A DNA stretch of 64,000 nt from an uncultured Desulfospira sp. (GCA_963663165.1 OY760175.1:2176001-2240000); one strand, 5' to 3'. Counted from the first letter of the stretch, positions 11,443 through 22,057 are shown. Notes: a model not told the origin generated them from the sequence alone. A program made the numbers and translations.

Positions 11443-12234
11443 TTAAGGCGCCTCAGTTTTGTCCCGGGAAAAATGAATATAGGCATAGGCACTGTGGTTA
11501 TGAATGGACTCAAAGTTCTCGGCACTGACCGTGAACCAGGTGATATTGGTATCTTCCATCATAACCTTTGCCACATCCCTGACAATATCCTCTACAAACT
11601 TGGGGTTGTTATACCCTTTTTCCGTGACATATTTTTCATCTTCCCGCTTCAACACGCTAAAGATATCACAAGAGGCCGACTGCTCCACTATATTGACAAT
11701 ATCCTCAATCCAGATCAACCGCTTGAACCGGGCGCAGACCAAGACCTCTCCCCTCTGGTTATGGGCACCGCCGTCACTGATCTCCTTTGAGCAGGGGCAG
11801 ACCGAGGTGATCGGCACGGCCACTTTCAGGACAACATCGGTGTGTTCTGAACCGTTGGAAGAGCCGGTAATGGTGCAGTCATAGTTCATCAACCCCTTTA
11901 TCCCCGTGCTTGGGGCACTTTTTTCAATAAAATAGGGGAAGCTGATTTCAATGTGCGCGGATTTTGCCCCGAGAATCGTTTTCATATCCTGGAGAATGAC
12001 CCTCATGGATTCAAGGGACACCTGGGACCGGAACGTGTGAAGAATCTCAACAAACCGGCTCATATGGGTCCCCTTGCACTGATGGGGCAGATCGACGTAC
12101 ATGGAGATTTCTGCAACGGTCGATTGGATTTTGTTGGTTTTATCTAGAACTTTAACGGGGTATTTAAGGCCTTTGATACCGACCTTGTCAATGGGAATCT
12201 TTCGAAAATCAGGCTGGTTCTGGATGTCGATCAT
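11443..12234 (-). CDS. folE2: GTP cyclohydrolase IB
   Basis: IDKVGIK, KGTHMSRF, CPCSKEIS..GAHNQR, NPKFVED, ESIHNHSAYA. Confidence 0.95.
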   Translation of the reverse strand: MIDIQNQPDFRKIPIDKVGIKGLKYPVKVLDKTNKIQSTVAEISMYVDLPHQCKGTHMSRFVEILHTFRSQVSLESMRVILQDMKTILGAKSAHIEISFPYFIEKSAPSTGIKGLMNYDCTITGSSNGSEHTDVVLKVAVPITSVCPCSKEISDGGAHNQRGEVLVCARFKRLIWIEDIVNIVEQSASCDIFSVLKREDEKYVTEKGYNNPKFVEDIVRDVAKVMMEDTNITWFTVSAENFESIHNHSAYAYIHFSRDKTEAP

Positions 12235-12964
12235 TATCGTTTCCCAAAAGGTAATCTAAGGCAACATTGCTCATTGACCGGAAAATATTACCTTTTATGT
12301 GTTTATTCTGTTTATACAATGTTTCCAGCATGTTTCTAACATCCTCACGCTTGGTGTTCCCCGCGCTGGGGCAGGGATTAACAAATCCGGGAATACCGGA
12401 CCTGCGTGAGACCGCAACGATATCATTCTTGTCCACATATGACAAGGGCCTGATGATATTAAATTTTCCATTAAAAAAAGACTGGTTGGGTTTCATGCTG
12501 CCGATCTTTCCAGTGTAAAACATATTGATAAACAGGGTTTCGATAAGGTCATCCTTATTGTGGCCCAGGGCAATTTTTTGACATCCTTGAAGGGCCGCAA
12601 TTTCAAACAACCTTTTTCTCCTGAGCCTTGAACACAAAAAACAGGGGTTTTCCCTGTTTTCTCCTGAATGGGCCTTAGGGCCGAAATTGGTATATTCCAG
12701 CACCATGGTGCCGTAGGAAGCCGTTACATATTGTTCAAGTTCAGGTGCCGATGAATTGTCAAACCCCGAATCCAGATGAACCGGCAACAGTTCAAACCGT
12801 ATCGGGGCTTTTTTTTTAAGCTCAAACAGCTGGTCCAACAGGACTTGGCTGTCCACACCGCCGGAAATCCCCACAAGGATCCGGTCATTTTCCGAAATCA
12901 TTTCCCAGTCATGGACAGCCCGGCCAATCAAGTGCCGAACCCTCTTTTTCAAGCCGTTTTTCAC
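12209..12964 (-). CDS. ttcA: tRNA 2-thiocytidine biosynthesis protein, TtcA family
   Basis: PP-loop SGGVDS, PCFLCSRLRR, ALGHNKDD, IIRPL, PCP. Start placed at GTG 12964 to avoid overlap with rpoZ. Confidence 0.8.
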   Translation of the reverse strand: MKNGLKKRVRHLIGRAVHDWEMISENDRILVGISGGVDSQVLLDQLFELKKKAPIRFELLPVHLDSGFDNSSAPELEQYVTASYGTMVLEYTNFGPKAHSGENRENPCFLCSRLRRKRLFEIAALQGCQKIALGHNKDDLIETLFINMFYTGKIGSMKPNQSFFNGKFNIIRPLSYVDKNDIVAVSRRSGIPGFVNPCPSAGNTKREDVRNMLETLYKQNKHIKGNIFRSMSNVALDYLLGNDNDRHPEPA

Positions 12965-12980
12965 ATCATTAGGGGGATGA

Positions 12981-13187
12981 TTAATCCTCGGGTGCTTCGA
13001 TTTTTTTTCTGACGATCCGGCCGGCGGCAATCTCCCTTAAAACAGAAACCACATCTCCGTTTTTAGAAGATTTCACCATCAGATCAGCCCCTTCCCTGAC
13101 CTGGCGAACCCTTTTGGCAGCCAGATGAACCAGGGTGAACCGGTTATCGACGTTTTTCAAACAATCTTCAATGGTAACTCGTGCCAA
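12981..13187 (-). CDS. rpoZ: RNA polymerase omega subunit
   Basis: ARVTIEDCL..NRFTLVHLAAKRVRQ..LREIAAG; TTG start preceded by GGAGG. Confidence 0.93.
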   Translation of the reverse strand: MARVTIEDCLKNVDNRFTLVHLAAKRVRQVREGADLMVKSSKNGDVVSVLREIAAGRIVRKKIEAPED

Positions 13188-13207
13188 TATGTATTCCTCC
13201 GAAATTA

Positions 13208-13307
13208 GGGGTTTAGACTGAAGGGGGTTAGACTGAAGGCAATTAACAAATCGGGATGAATCCAACCCTGCCCACTTTCAGTCTAATAGCCTTCAGCCTA
13301 ACAGCCT
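13208..13307. repeat. Inverted pair of (A/G)CTGAAG-type heptamer arrays between greA and rpoZ
   Basis: TTAGACTGAAGG twice, then TTCAGTCTAA and CCTTCAGCCTAA; same family as 42003-42078. Confidence 0.6.
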
Positions 13308-13308
13308 T

Positions 13309-13776
13309 TCATAATATTTCAATTATTTCATAAATTCTCTTACCACCCGGAGCCTGAAGAACCGCTTCATCTCCCGGCTCCTTACCAATAAGGGCTTTGC
13401 CCAAGGGCGAGTCAACCGAAATCTTTCCAAGTTTTATATCGGCCTCATCAGGCCCCACAATCATATATTCAACCTCTTCTTCAGAATCCAGGTTCTCAAC
13501 CAGGACCTTGCTGGCAAACCGGATCACGTCTTTGGGTACGGTTTTGGGATCTATGACTTTTGCATTGCCAAGCTTATAACCGATTTCACCTATCCGGCCC
13601 TCAATAAAGGACTGGCGTTCCTTTGCGGCATGGTATTCCGCATTTTCGGACAGATCACCATGGGCACGGGCCGTCTCAATGGCTTTAATGGTCTCGGGAC
13701 GATCAATGGTTTTCAGTTTTTCAAGCTCTTTTTTCAGCGCTTTGAACCCTTCTTTGGTAATGGGTATTTGTTCCAA
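13309..13776 (-). CDS. greA: Transcription elongation factor GreA
   Basis: AHGDLSENAEYHAAKERQ, IVGPDEAD, ISVDSPLGKALIGK. Confidence 0.96.
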   Translation of the reverse strand: MEQIPITKEGFKALKKELEKLKTIDRPETIKAIETARAHGDLSENAEYHAAKERQSFIEGRIGEIGYKLGNAKVIDPKTVPKDVIRFASKVLVENLDSEEEVEYMIVGPDEADIKLGKISVDSPLGKALIGKEPGDEAVLQAPGGKRIYEIIEIL

Positions 13777-13812
13777 AATCTAGTTTATCTCCATTCTCTT
13801 TTAATTTTATTT

Positions 13813-14475
13813 TTATTCCATATACCCGATCACAGTAGTCCCCGCTTTGGTTATATCCCCGGGTTTGACAGCCACCTGAAAATCAACGGGCAGATAAAGG
13901 TCCAGCCGTGAGCCGAACTGAATCATTCCGTACCGTTCTCCTTTGACCACTTTTTCCCCAGCCCTTACACAGTTGACAATTCTTCGGGCAATCAGGCCGG
14001 CCACCTGAACAACCGCAAAAATTTTGTCCCCCGGTGTTTTGATGACCAGTGCATTCCTTTCATTGTGTTCGGATGCCTTGTCAAAGGAGGCATTAATAAA
14101 CTTGCCGGGATGATAGGCAACCTGCTCAACCACCCCGTCAAAAGGAATCCGGTTCACATGAACATTAAACACGTTCATGAAAATGCTGACCTTCAGGCAG
14201 GGACCCTGAATATACTGGCTGTTGTCTTGCTTCTCAACCAGAATCACCCGGCCATCCGCAGGGGAAATCAGGCTGTTGGCCTCGTCCGGCGCTTTTCTGT
14301 CAGGGTCCCGGAAAAACCAGGTGATAAAACAGGTCAACCCTAAACAGACCCAGGCCGGTACAACCCATCCAAAATAAAAAAGCCCCCCGGTAACCAGGGC
14401 GGCAAAAAAAATGTATTTAAGTCCGGGGACGGCAACGGGCAAAACTGCCCTGGCCGGCCATTTTGACTGCTCCAT
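13813..14475 (-). CDS. psd: Phosphatidylserine decarboxylase proenzyme
   Basis: FFRDPDR, SPADGRV, IFMNVFNVHVNR, QVAGLIARRI, FGSR cleavage motif. Confidence 0.94.
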   Translation of the reverse strand: MEQSKWPARAVLPVAVPGLKYIFFAALVTGGLFYFGWVVPAWVCLGLTCFITWFFRDPDRKAPDEANSLISPADGRVILVEKQDNSQYIQGPCLKVSIFMNVFNVHVNRIPFDGVVEQVAYHPGKFINASFDKASEHNERNALVIKTPGDKIFAVVQVAGLIARRIVNCVRAGEKVVKGERYGMIQFGSRLDLYLPVDFQVAVKPGDITKAGTTVIGYME

Positions 14476-14540
14476 AAGACAGTATTTCCTTAAACTATAT
14501 CCAAACTAAAATATACAAAACAAGACCTTATGTCAACATT

Positions 14541-14575
14541 CAAGAAACTGGAAACTTGAAACAAGAGACAAGAAA
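14541..14575 (+). repeat. Heptamer tandem array (CAAGAAA/CTGGAAA x5)
   Basis: CAAGAAA CTGGAAA CTTGAAA CAAGAGA CAAGAAA; reverse-complement family of 18749-18797. Confidence 0.7.
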
Positions 14576-14601
14576 GCTATATAAATGGCTTTTCCCTGTG
14601 G

Positions 14602-15303
14602 TTAGTTTTCCGGCATAGTGCCAAGATTTATTTCAGCATCTGATTTCCGGATGTATGTGGGGGTTAGTGACCGGTCAGGGTCACTGAACGGTGTGTTGTC
14701 ACAAAGCACCGGGCCGGCAAGGGCTGCAGCGCTCACATAGTCCATGGCCGGCGCCGAGAATAACGCCCTGCCCCCCATCTTCTCCAAAATGATATCCTGG
14801 TATGCCTTTGTGCCTGATCCGGCAAACAGGACCTCCCTGGCCGACCCCATGGTTTCCAGAATTTTTTGAGCAGACTCAACCACTTCTTCGCTTTTTTTCT
14901 CAAGCTGCCCTTTGGAAAACTTAAAGGTGGCCGAATAAACCTGGCCGCGTCTGGCATCCATCATCACACAGACCGGCTGGCTGCAATGGCTGAACCGCCA
15001 GGCAATCCCGTCCAGGCTTGAAACCCCGATGCAGGGTCTGGACAAGGCATAGGCAAGCCCCTTAACCACACTGATGCCGATGCGAAGGCCTGTAAAACTT
15101 CCCGGCCCCCTGGCCGCAACATACCCGTCCACATCTTCAAGGGTCAGGCCTGCCCGGTCCACCACCAGGTTCTCGATCATAAAAATAAGCCGCCTGGAAT
15201 GGGTCAGCCTGCTGGTCCAATACGATTCACAGATCAGGGCCTTTCCGTCAAACACAGCCAGGCTGGCCCCCTGTTCGGCCGTACTCAGGCTTAATATGTT
15301 CAC
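14602..15303 (-). CDS. tsaB: tRNA t6A biosynthesis protein TsaB
   Basis: GPGSFTGLRIG, MDARRGQVY, PTYIRKSDAE. Confidence 0.95.
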   Translation of the reverse strand: MNILSLSTAEQGASLAVFDGKALICESYWTSRLTHSRRLIFMIENLVVDRAGLTLEDVDGYVAARGPGSFTGLRIGISVVKGLAYALSRPCIGVSSLDGIAWRFSHCSQPVCVMMDARRGQVYSATFKFSKGQLEKKSEEVVESAQKILETMGSAREVLFAGSGTKAYQDIILEKMGGRALFSAPAMDYVSAAALAGPVLCDNTPFSDPDRSLTPTYIRKSDAEINLGTMPEN

Positions 15304-15305
15304 TG

Positions 15306-17681
15306 TTAACTATTCTCTAAGGCAATTTCAAGGACTTCGCTCACATCCCTGACACAGGTAAATTTAAGCTTGCTTTTAATGGTTTTGGGAATATCATACA
15401 GGTCTTTCTGGTTTTTTTCCGGAATAATCACATGCTTGATGCCGGCCCTGAGCGCCCCAAGGGCTTTTTCCTTAAGTCCGCCAATGGGCAGAACCCGCCC
15501 CCGCAAGGAAATCTCTCCGGTCATGGCCACCTTGTTGTTGACTTTTTTGTTGGTAAAGGCGGACACCAGGGCCGTGGCCATGGCAATTCCGGCCGAAGGA
15601 CCGTCCTTTGGGATGGCGCCTGCCGGCACATGGATGTGGATATCACTGTCCTCAAAGACTTTTTTATCAATTCCCAGCTTTTCCTGGTTGGCTTTGGTAT
15701 AGGTTAAGGCGGCCCGGGCACTTTCCTGCATCACCTCTCCGATCTGGCCTGTGAGCAGCAGTTCTCCCTTGCCCGGGAAAATTGAAATTTCGATATACAG
15801 GTGCTCACCGCCGACCTCTGTCCATGCGAGCCCCGTTGCCAAACCCACCTGGCTTTCTTCCTGATCCATCTCAGGCTGGTACTTTGGCGGCCCCAGATAC
15901 CGAATCAAATTCTGCTGCGTGACGGCAAATTTGCCTTTTTTACCTTCGGCAATCTGCCGGGCAATTTTCCGACAGATGGTATCCAGGCGCCGTTCAAGCC
16001 CCCGGACCCCAGCCTCAAGGGTATAGTCCGAAACAATGGTCTCCATGGCATTGGGGCTGATGCTGATGGTCCTTCTGATCAACCCGTTGTCTTTAAGCTT
16101 TCGGGGAAAAAGGTGTCTGCAGGCAATCTCAATTTTTTCCTGGCGGGTATACCCGGGGATATGGATGATTTCCATCCTGTCCAACAGGGCGGAAGGGATG
16201 GTATCGGCTATATTGGCCGTGAGAATAAACATGACATTGGACAGATCAAAGGGCATGTTCAGGTAATGATCGGAAAACTCAATGTTCTGTTCCGGGTCAA
16301 GGGCCTCTAGAAGGGCTGAAGACGGATCGCCCCTGAAATCATTGCCAAGTTTGTCAATTTCATCAAGCATGAATACCGGGTTATTGGTGCCGCACTGGCG
16401 AAGCCCCTGAAGGATTCGGCCGGGCATGGAGCCGATATAGGTTCTTCTGTGCCCCCTGATTTCCGCCTCATCCCTAATGCCGCCAAGGGAAACCCGGTGA
16501 AATTTTCGTTTAACCGCCTTTGCAACGGCCCTGCCAAGAGAGGTTTTCCCCACCCCGGGAGGACCGACAAAACAGATAATCTGCCCTTTTTTCCCGGGAT
16601 TCAGCTTCCGGACGCTGAGGTATTCAAGAATCCGTTCTTTGGCCTTTTCAAGCCCGAAATGATTCTGATCCAAAATATCCTGGGCCTTTTTAATATCCAG
16701 ACTGTCCCGGGTTGTCCGGCTCCAGGGCAGTTCAACAATGCAGTCCAGGTAAGTTCTGATCACCGAGGCTTCAGAGGAATCCGAGTGCATCTGCTCCAGC
16801 CGCTTGAGCTGCTTAAAGGCCTCTTCTTCACACTTTCCGGGCATTTTGCATTTTTTGATCTTTTTCCGGAAATCTTCCAGCTCGGCCAGTTTTTCATCGC
16901 TTTCACCCAGTTCCCGGTGAATGGCTTTGACCTGCTCCCGAAGGTAATAATCCCTCTGGTTTCTGGAGATCTCGTCTTTGACCGTGGTCTGAATTTTGGC
17001 CTGAACCGTTGACAGATCCAATTCCCGGGCCAGCAGGTCATTAACTTTTTTTAACCGCTCCAGGGTATCGGTAATCTCCAGCAGGATCTGGGCATCCTCA
17101 ACCTTGAGGTTCAAATTGGACGCCACCAGGTCGGCCAGCTTCCCCGGAGAGTCAATATGGGAAAGAAGCTCTCCCACATCCCCGGCAAGTTCCCCTTTAA
17201 GGGACAACAGTTTTTCACAGTTTTCCTTGACGTTTCTCATCAAGGCTTCAATCTCGATATCCAGCTGCTCAGGCTCTTTGTCAAAGAGGATATCCACACT
17301 GACCTTGAAAAACCGTCGCTTCTGGGTGTATTCCTTGACCCCGGCTTTGGCAATCCCCTGGACAAGGGCCTTGATCCGTCCGTCGGGCAATTTGATCATT
17401 TTCTGAACCCGGCCGATGGTTCCAATGCCGTAAACATCTTCTATCCCGGGTTTTTCAACTTCAGAATCTTTTTGGGCCGCCAGGAAAATATACCGGTCAG
17501 ACTCGATACAATACTCCATGGCTTTAATTGACTTTTCACGCCCAACAAACAACGGCAGCAGCATATCTGTAAAAACCACCACGTCCCTGACCGGCATCAT
17601 GGGGAGTATCTTTGGAATATTCTCCGTGTCGCCTTCTTTCTCAATTATTTCTATGAGATCATCAATATCTGCTTCTGCCAT
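15306..17681 (-). CDS. lon: ATP-dependent Lon protease
   Basis: Lon N domain, Walker A GPPGVGKTS, DEAEIRGHRRTY, PKDGPSAG catalytic Ser, GGLKEK. Confidence 0.98.
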   Translation of the reverse strand: MAEADIDDLIEIIEKEGDTENIPKILPMMPVRDVVVFTDMLLPLFVGREKSIKAMEYCIESDRYIFLAAQKDSEVEKPGIEDVYGIGTIGRVQKMIKLPDGRIKALVQGIAKAGVKEYTQKRRFFKVSVDILFDKEPEQLDIEIEALMRNVKENCEKLLSLKGELAGDVGELLSHIDSPGKLADLVASNLNLKVEDAQILLEITDTLERLKKVNDLLARELDLSTVQAKIQTTVKDEISRNQRDYYLREQVKAIHRELGESDEKLAELEDFRKKIKKCKMPGKCEEEAFKQLKRLEQMHSDSSEASVIRTYLDCIVELPWSRTTRDSLDIKKAQDILDQNHFGLEKAKERILEYLSVRKLNPGKKGQIICFVGPPGVGKTSLGRAVAKAVKRKFHRVSLGGIRDEAEIRGHRRTYIGSMPGRILQGLRQCGTNNPVFMLDEIDKLGNDFRGDPSSALLEALDPEQNIEFSDHYLNMPFDLSNVMFILTANIADTIPSALLDRMEIIHIPGYTRQEKIEIACRHLFPRKLKDNGLIRRTISISPNAMETIVSDYTLEAGVRGLERRLDTICRKIARQIAEGKKGKFAVTQQNLIRYLGPPKYQPEMDQEESQVGLATGLAWTEVGGEHLYIEISIFPGKGELLLTGQIGEVMQESARAALTYTKANQEKLGIDKKVFEDSDIHIHVPAGAIPKDGPSAGIAMATALVSAFTNKKVNNKVAMTGEISLRGRVLPIGGLKEKALGALRAGIKHVIIPEKNQKDLYDIPKTIKSKLKFTCVRDVSEVLEIALENS

Positions 17682-17917
17682 CTAAACTCCTCATATTTTT
17701 TACCGTAAAAAAGCCCAAAGGTCCGGTCAGGCCTTTTCACAGATTTGGGCAAATTTAAAAAATTCAACTTGTCCGCCTTCCGGAAAGCATCATTACCGGA
17801 AGCCAAATTGAGATTACAATAACGCAAAATTTTATTTTTACAATATCCTTGCAAAAATAATTTCAAAATCAGATAACTCTTACAAACCCGACTTTAACTG
17901 CAAGGAATTATAATAGT

Positions 17918-18700
17918 ATGACCCCTTTATTGATCCCCAGCCTGATGGTATTTATATTTGGTTCCTGCATCGGCAGTTTTTTAAATGTCTGTATTTACCG
18001 GGTCCCGTTGAAAAAATCCGTTGTCACGCCCGGATCGTTCTGCCCGGGTTGTAAAAAGCCGATCCCTTTTTACTGCAATATCCCCATATTAAGCTACGCC
18101 CTCCTTGGCGGGAAATGCAAATCCTGCCGCACCCCCATCCCCTTTCGCTACCCCTTTGTGGAGTTTATAACGGCAAGCCTTGCCGTCTGTACGGCCGTAA
18201 AATTCGGATTAACCGGGCAGGCCCTGGTCTGGTTCGCATTTATCTGTATCCTTATTGTCATCACGTTTATTGACATTGACCACCAGATTATTCCGGATGT
18301 CCTGTCCATACCGGGCACAGTCTGTTTTGCCGTTCTCGCCTTTTTTGTTCTTGGCATCAAACCGGCCGCCATATTGGCGGGGATACTTCTTGGCGGCGGA
18401 TTTTTATATGCCGTGGCCCTCGGGTATTATCTGATCAGAAAAGAACAGGGCATGGGGGGCGGGGACATTAAGCTCATGGCCATGGTCGGATCAGTGCTTG
18501 GGGTGAAAGGGGTGTTGTTTACCATTTTTGCAGGTTCCCTGATCGGCAGCATCTCAGGGGTATTAATTATTTTATGCAGCAAAGTGATGAATATCCGGCA
18601 GAAAATTCCGTTTGGTCCCTATCTTTCCGGCGGGGCACTCCTTTACATTTTCTATGGCGAAGAGCTGATCCGCTGGTATATTCAAATAGTTACAAAATAG
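17918..18700 (+). CDS. pilD: Prepilin peptidase / N-methyltransferase
   Basis: GSFLNVCIYR, two CxxC, FIDIDHQIIPD, GMGGGDIKL, IPFGPYL. Confidence 0.94.
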   Translation: MTPLLIPSLMVFIFGSCIGSFLNVCIYRVPLKKSVVTPGSFCPGCKKPIPFYCNIPILSYALLGGKCKSCRTPIPFRYPFVEFITASLAVCTAVKFGLTGQALVWFAFICILIVITFIDIDHQIIPDVLSIPGTVCFAVLAFFVLGIKPAAILAGILLGGGFLYAVALGYYLIRKEQGMGGGDIKLMAMVGSVLGVKGVLFTIFAGSLIGSISGVLIILCSKVMNIRQKIPFGPYLSGGALLYIFYGEELIRWYIQIVTK

Positions 18701-18748
18701 TCCGAAATTGGAAAAGCCATTATAGAATGGGCGCCAACGGCGCTTCCT

Positions 18749-18797
18749 CTTCTTGTTTCCAGTTTCCAGTTTCTTGTCTCTTGTTTCTTGTTTCTTG
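18749..18797 (-). repeat. Heptamer tandem array (TTTCTTG/TTTCCAG x7)
   Basis: CTTCTTG TTTCCAG TTTCCAG TTTCTTG TCTCTTG TTTCTTG TTTCTTG between convergent pilD and cheX. Confidence 0.75.
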
Positions 18798-18798
18798 C

Positions 18799-19263
18799 CT
18801 ATTCCTGATAGCAGACTTCAATCACCAGCTTTCCCTTTGTAGTTTTAAACGGAAGGGACAAGACCTCTCCACCGCCCTCAATATGTTCGATGGTTTCACC
18901 GACCCCGGTGCTGACCCGGTCAAGCTTTACTTTTACTTTTTTATCCAATTCCGCGATTTTAGTACTCACATGACCGGCCACCATATTGGATATCTCTCCT
19001 ACAGCATCCAGGATTTCATCATTTATCTCAGACATTTCCTCTCCAAACATGGCGGACACGATGCCTAGGATACTTTTTTCAGAAAAGCTGATAACCGCCG
19101 TTCCTTTCAGGTCACCATCAACTACTAGAATGCCGGAAATATCCCCTTGAGCCTTGCGGCCTGATTTCAGGAAAGGCGGTTCCGGCCTGGCTTTTACGAA
19201 AGCGGTGGTGTCGAGGATGTGTAAGGTTCCCTCTATAAAAGGGTTGACATAAGATGCGTCCAT
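18799..19263 (-). CDS. cheX: Chemotaxis phosphatase CheX family protein
   Basis: YVNPFIEG, GDISGI, DAVGEISNMVAG (ExxN). Start trimmed to MDASY with GAGG RBS. Confidence 0.9.
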   Translation of the reverse strand: MDASYVNPFIEGTLHILDTTAFVKARPEPPFLKSGRKAQGDISGILVVDGDLKGTAVISFSEKSILGIVSAMFGEEMSEINDEILDAVGEISNMVAGHVSTKIAELDKKVKVKLDRVSTGVGETIEHIEGGGEVLSLPFKTTKGKLVIEVCYQE

Positions 19264-19493
19264 ATTTTCCTCCTCTTTCGTTAATTTTATGACTTTGACC
19301 ATGCCAGCGCAACGATTTTTTTTAAAAAAGTGAATAAATCCTTGACAGGCCTTGCTCAACGACGTAACGTACGCTGAAAGCTGATTTAAAACAATTAACC
19401 TTGAAAAAACGTGTTTTCCACCAAATTTTGCGTTGAACAAGGTCCTTTTTAATACTAAATTTCCTAGAAACTCAAAAAAAAGGAGTGAACAAG

Positions 19494-19763
19494 ATGAACA
19501 AAGGCGATTTGATCAACAAGGTTTCTGAAGTGCTTAGCAGCAAAAAAGAAGCTCAGGCTGCGGTAGACTGCGTCATTACTTCTATCACTGAAGCGCTGGC
19601 CGGCAATGACTCTGTTACCTTGGTCGGATTCGGCACATTTAAAACCGCAGAAAGAAAAGCCAGAAAAGGCAGAAATCCCCAATCTGGAAAAGAAATCAAC
19701 ATTCCTGCCAGAAACGTCCCCAAATTTGTACCTGGAAAAGCATTAAAAGATGCCGTAAAATAA
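19494..19763 (+). CDS. hup: HU family DNA-binding protein
   Basis: MNKGDLI..VTLVGFGTF..RKGRNPQSG..IPARNVPKFVPGKALKDAV. Confidence 0.95.
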   Translation: MNKGDLINKVSEVLSSKKEAQAAVDCVITSITEALAGNDSVTLVGFGTFKTAERKARKGRNPQSGKEINIPARNVPKFVPGKALKDAVK

Positions 19764-19770
19764 ACGTGAT

Positions 19771-19793
19771 GCTGCCTGAAATGTTCAGGCAGT
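19771..19793 (+). terminator. Hairpin after HU
   Basis: GCTGCCTGAA ATG TTCAGGCAGT inverted repeat; T-tract weak. Confidence 0.45.
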
Positions 19794-19834
19794 TATTAGC
19801 GTTTTGTTAATGCTGCCTGAACAGGCTTTCGACC

Positions 19835-20593
19835 ATGGCGTTTAATATTGAAAGCATATTTCTACCATCCGTTGGCGTGGATCTGGTTTTGAACATGGAT
19901 TCATTAATGCCGATTCCACTTTCGAGCATTATTTACGATACGGACCCTTCCAAAAAGACCATTACCATTGCCCGGCCCAGATCAAGTTTTGGCCAAGCCA
20001 CCGAATATGATCAGCTTCACTTAACGACGATAATTCAATCTCCCAAAAGAAAAATCCGGGTGGGTATTGCCTGTACCCCTGTTAAATTTATCAAAGAATA
20101 TAAACTGGCCGGGAATGCCACCACCAGGGCCATTATCCTCCAGTACAAGGCACCGGCAATCGAAACCAACATCAGGTCTGCATACCGGCTCTACCTTGAT
20201 GCACGGCATACCTGCCGGGCCAAAATCATGTACAATCAGAATGACTACCTTTCCCCCAGGGATTTTAAAATCCGGGATATTTCCCTGACAGGGCTTGGCC
20301 TGATTATCCCCAAAAAGGTCAATAAAGACCACAATTCCATGGCCAAGGCAGCCTTCCATGATAACCTGCTGGTGGGAATGAGCCTTATCGACACCAGCAA
20401 AGAACAGCCCCAGGGGACGTTTGTCCTTAAAACCCGCATCACCCGGCTCAACCCCAAATATTCTGAAACCAATATCCTGGCAGGCCTTCTTATTACCAAA
20501 ATTGCCAAGGGAAAAGAGTCTATCTTAAGCGATTTTATCCATTCTGCCCAGATCCACCAGTTGAACCGGTTTAAATCCCAACCGTTAGGGTAG
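19835..20593 (+). CDS. PilZ/YcgR-like putative c-di-GMP-binding protein
   Basis: NIRSAYR (RxxxR) and RDISLTGLG (DxSxxG) motifs. Confidence 0.75.
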   Translation: MAFNIESIFLPSVGVDLVLNMDSLMPIPLSSIIYDTDPSKKTITIARPRSSFGQATEYDQLHLTTIIQSPKRKIRVGIACTPVKFIKEYKLAGNATTRAIILQYKAPAIETNIRSAYRLYLDARHTCRAKIMYNQNDYLSPRDFKIRDISLTGLGLIIPKKVNKDHNSMAKAAFHDNLLVGMSLIDTSKEQPQGTFVLKTRITRLNPKYSETNILAGLLITKIAKGKESILSDFIHSAQIHQLNRFKSQPLG

Positions 20594-20595
20594 AA

Positions 20596-22014
20596 TTAAT
20601 TCATGTTTTCGAGATATGCCTTAACCCAGGCAAGGGCTTTTTGACTTCTTGAATCAAGGGTTGAGGCCTCTATTTCTTTTATCTGGGACAAAGCCTGCTC
20701 CCGGGTGATTTTACAATCGTTTCGATACCCTTTGATACCAGACCCCGCCCCTGATTCTCCAATTGTCTTTAAGCGGGCCATATAACCCTTAAATTCCAGA
20801 TTATCAAAAGTGATATGGTCAAAATTCCTCGAAAGAATGCGGCCGGCAAGTTTTCGTATCCGGGAGTTTTTCATCGAACTTAGGACCTCGGGCTTTTGAA
20901 CGTCCGGGGCCCCATGAAACGCAGCCATCTGTCTTTTTTCAACGCCTGAAAAGAAGCCTGCCTGATAAAGCTCAGCATCAGGGTCCAGGTCCGGGATAAA
21001 GGGATACCGGTACTCAATACAGGCGTCAATGGTGTTAAGGACCATATCTGTGGGGGCCTTAAGGGTTTCCATATTCTCCAAAGCCCTGTGCCTTGCCGCC
21101 TCATCCAGGCGATTCCAGAATCGCTCAAGACAGGGCAGGATAATGGTTTCGTCAGCCGTCCGTTTTCTGATCACTGCCCACTTTAATGTCCCGGCATCCG
21201 GATCAACTTCCCAGGGAAAATCCAGGCGGACCCATAAATCCTGGTTTTTGTACGCCTTTGACCGGCCTATGAGAAATACTGGGGCCAAATAATTCAGGGC
21301 CGGCCCAAAGGAGGCGGAAACCGCAATCCCGAGTTTAAAAGTAGCGGCCCCTGACCCGCAGCTTGTTGTAATCCCGGACATCCTGGCCAACTCTTTTTCC
21401 TTATTAAAAAAATGGCAGGCATAGGCCCAGATATCTGGTACTTCAGCAAATTTTTTTGACAGGGCCACCAGGGCTTCGACATCGGCCATTGCCTCATGAG
21501 CCTGCCCGGAGGTTTCAAATCCGTTGGCCTGGCTGATGAGTTCAAGTTTGAGGCTTGGCTGTCCGGTTTCAAGACAGGGCCAGCCAAGGGCAGATTCGCA
21601 AAACACCCTGTACAGGGCTGCCACAGGAAGCATGTCCATCCGGGAGCAGCCGTTGGCATACTGGTGTGAATAGGGATCCAGCAGATTCCGGTAAAACAGG
21701 AACCTTAAAAATTCATCGTCAAACCCAAGGGAGTTATACCCAACACTGATGGTGCCGGGGGTGTTGAAAAGAGCATGAAGCTGAATGGCCGCACGGTATT
21801 CGGTCAGCCCTTTCGTAAGGATATCGCCGATAAGGCCGTGGGTAACAAAGGCCCCGGGAGAGGGCATGATATCTTTTCGCAGTTGAATAACAAGGCTGTG
21901 CCGTTCAATTTCATTTAGCTGCAAATCCGTCCGGATGCCGGCAAAGGTCAGTATTTGATCAAAAGCCGGGTTCAAGCCGGAGGTTTCCACATCGTAAAAC
22001 AGGTATGTTTTCAT
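20596..22014 (-). CDS. sbcB: Exodeoxyribonuclease I
   Basis: FYDVETSG, DQILTFAGIRTD, GYNSLGFDDEF, AHEAMADV (DEDDh), DPDAELY..FFS. Confidence 0.85.
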   Translation of the reverse strand: MKTYLFYDVETSGLNPAFDQILTFAGIRTDLQLNEIERHSLVIQLRKDIMPSPGAFVTHGLIGDILTKGLTEYRAAIQLHALFNTPGTISVGYNSLGFDDEFLRFLFYRNLLDPYSHQYANGCSRMDMLPVAALYRVFCESALGWPCLETGQPSLKLELISQANGFETSGQAHEAMADVEALVALSKKFAEVPDIWAYACHFFNKEKELARMSGITTSCGSGAATFKLGIAVSASFGPALNYLAPVFLIGRSKAYKNQDLWVRLDFPWEVDPDAGTLKWAVIRKRTADETIILPCLERFWNRLDEAARHRALENMETLKAPTDMVLNTIDACIEYRYPFIPDLDPDAELYQAGFFSGVEKRQMAAFHGAPDVQKPEVLSSMKNSRIRKLAGRILSRNFDHITFDNLEFKGYMARLKTIGESGAGSGIKGYRNDCKITREQALSQIKEIEASTLDSRSQKALAWVKAYLENMN

Positions 22015-22057
22015 TCCCGTCTCCCCATACTTTTGTCACGGTCAAAGAAAAATTCAT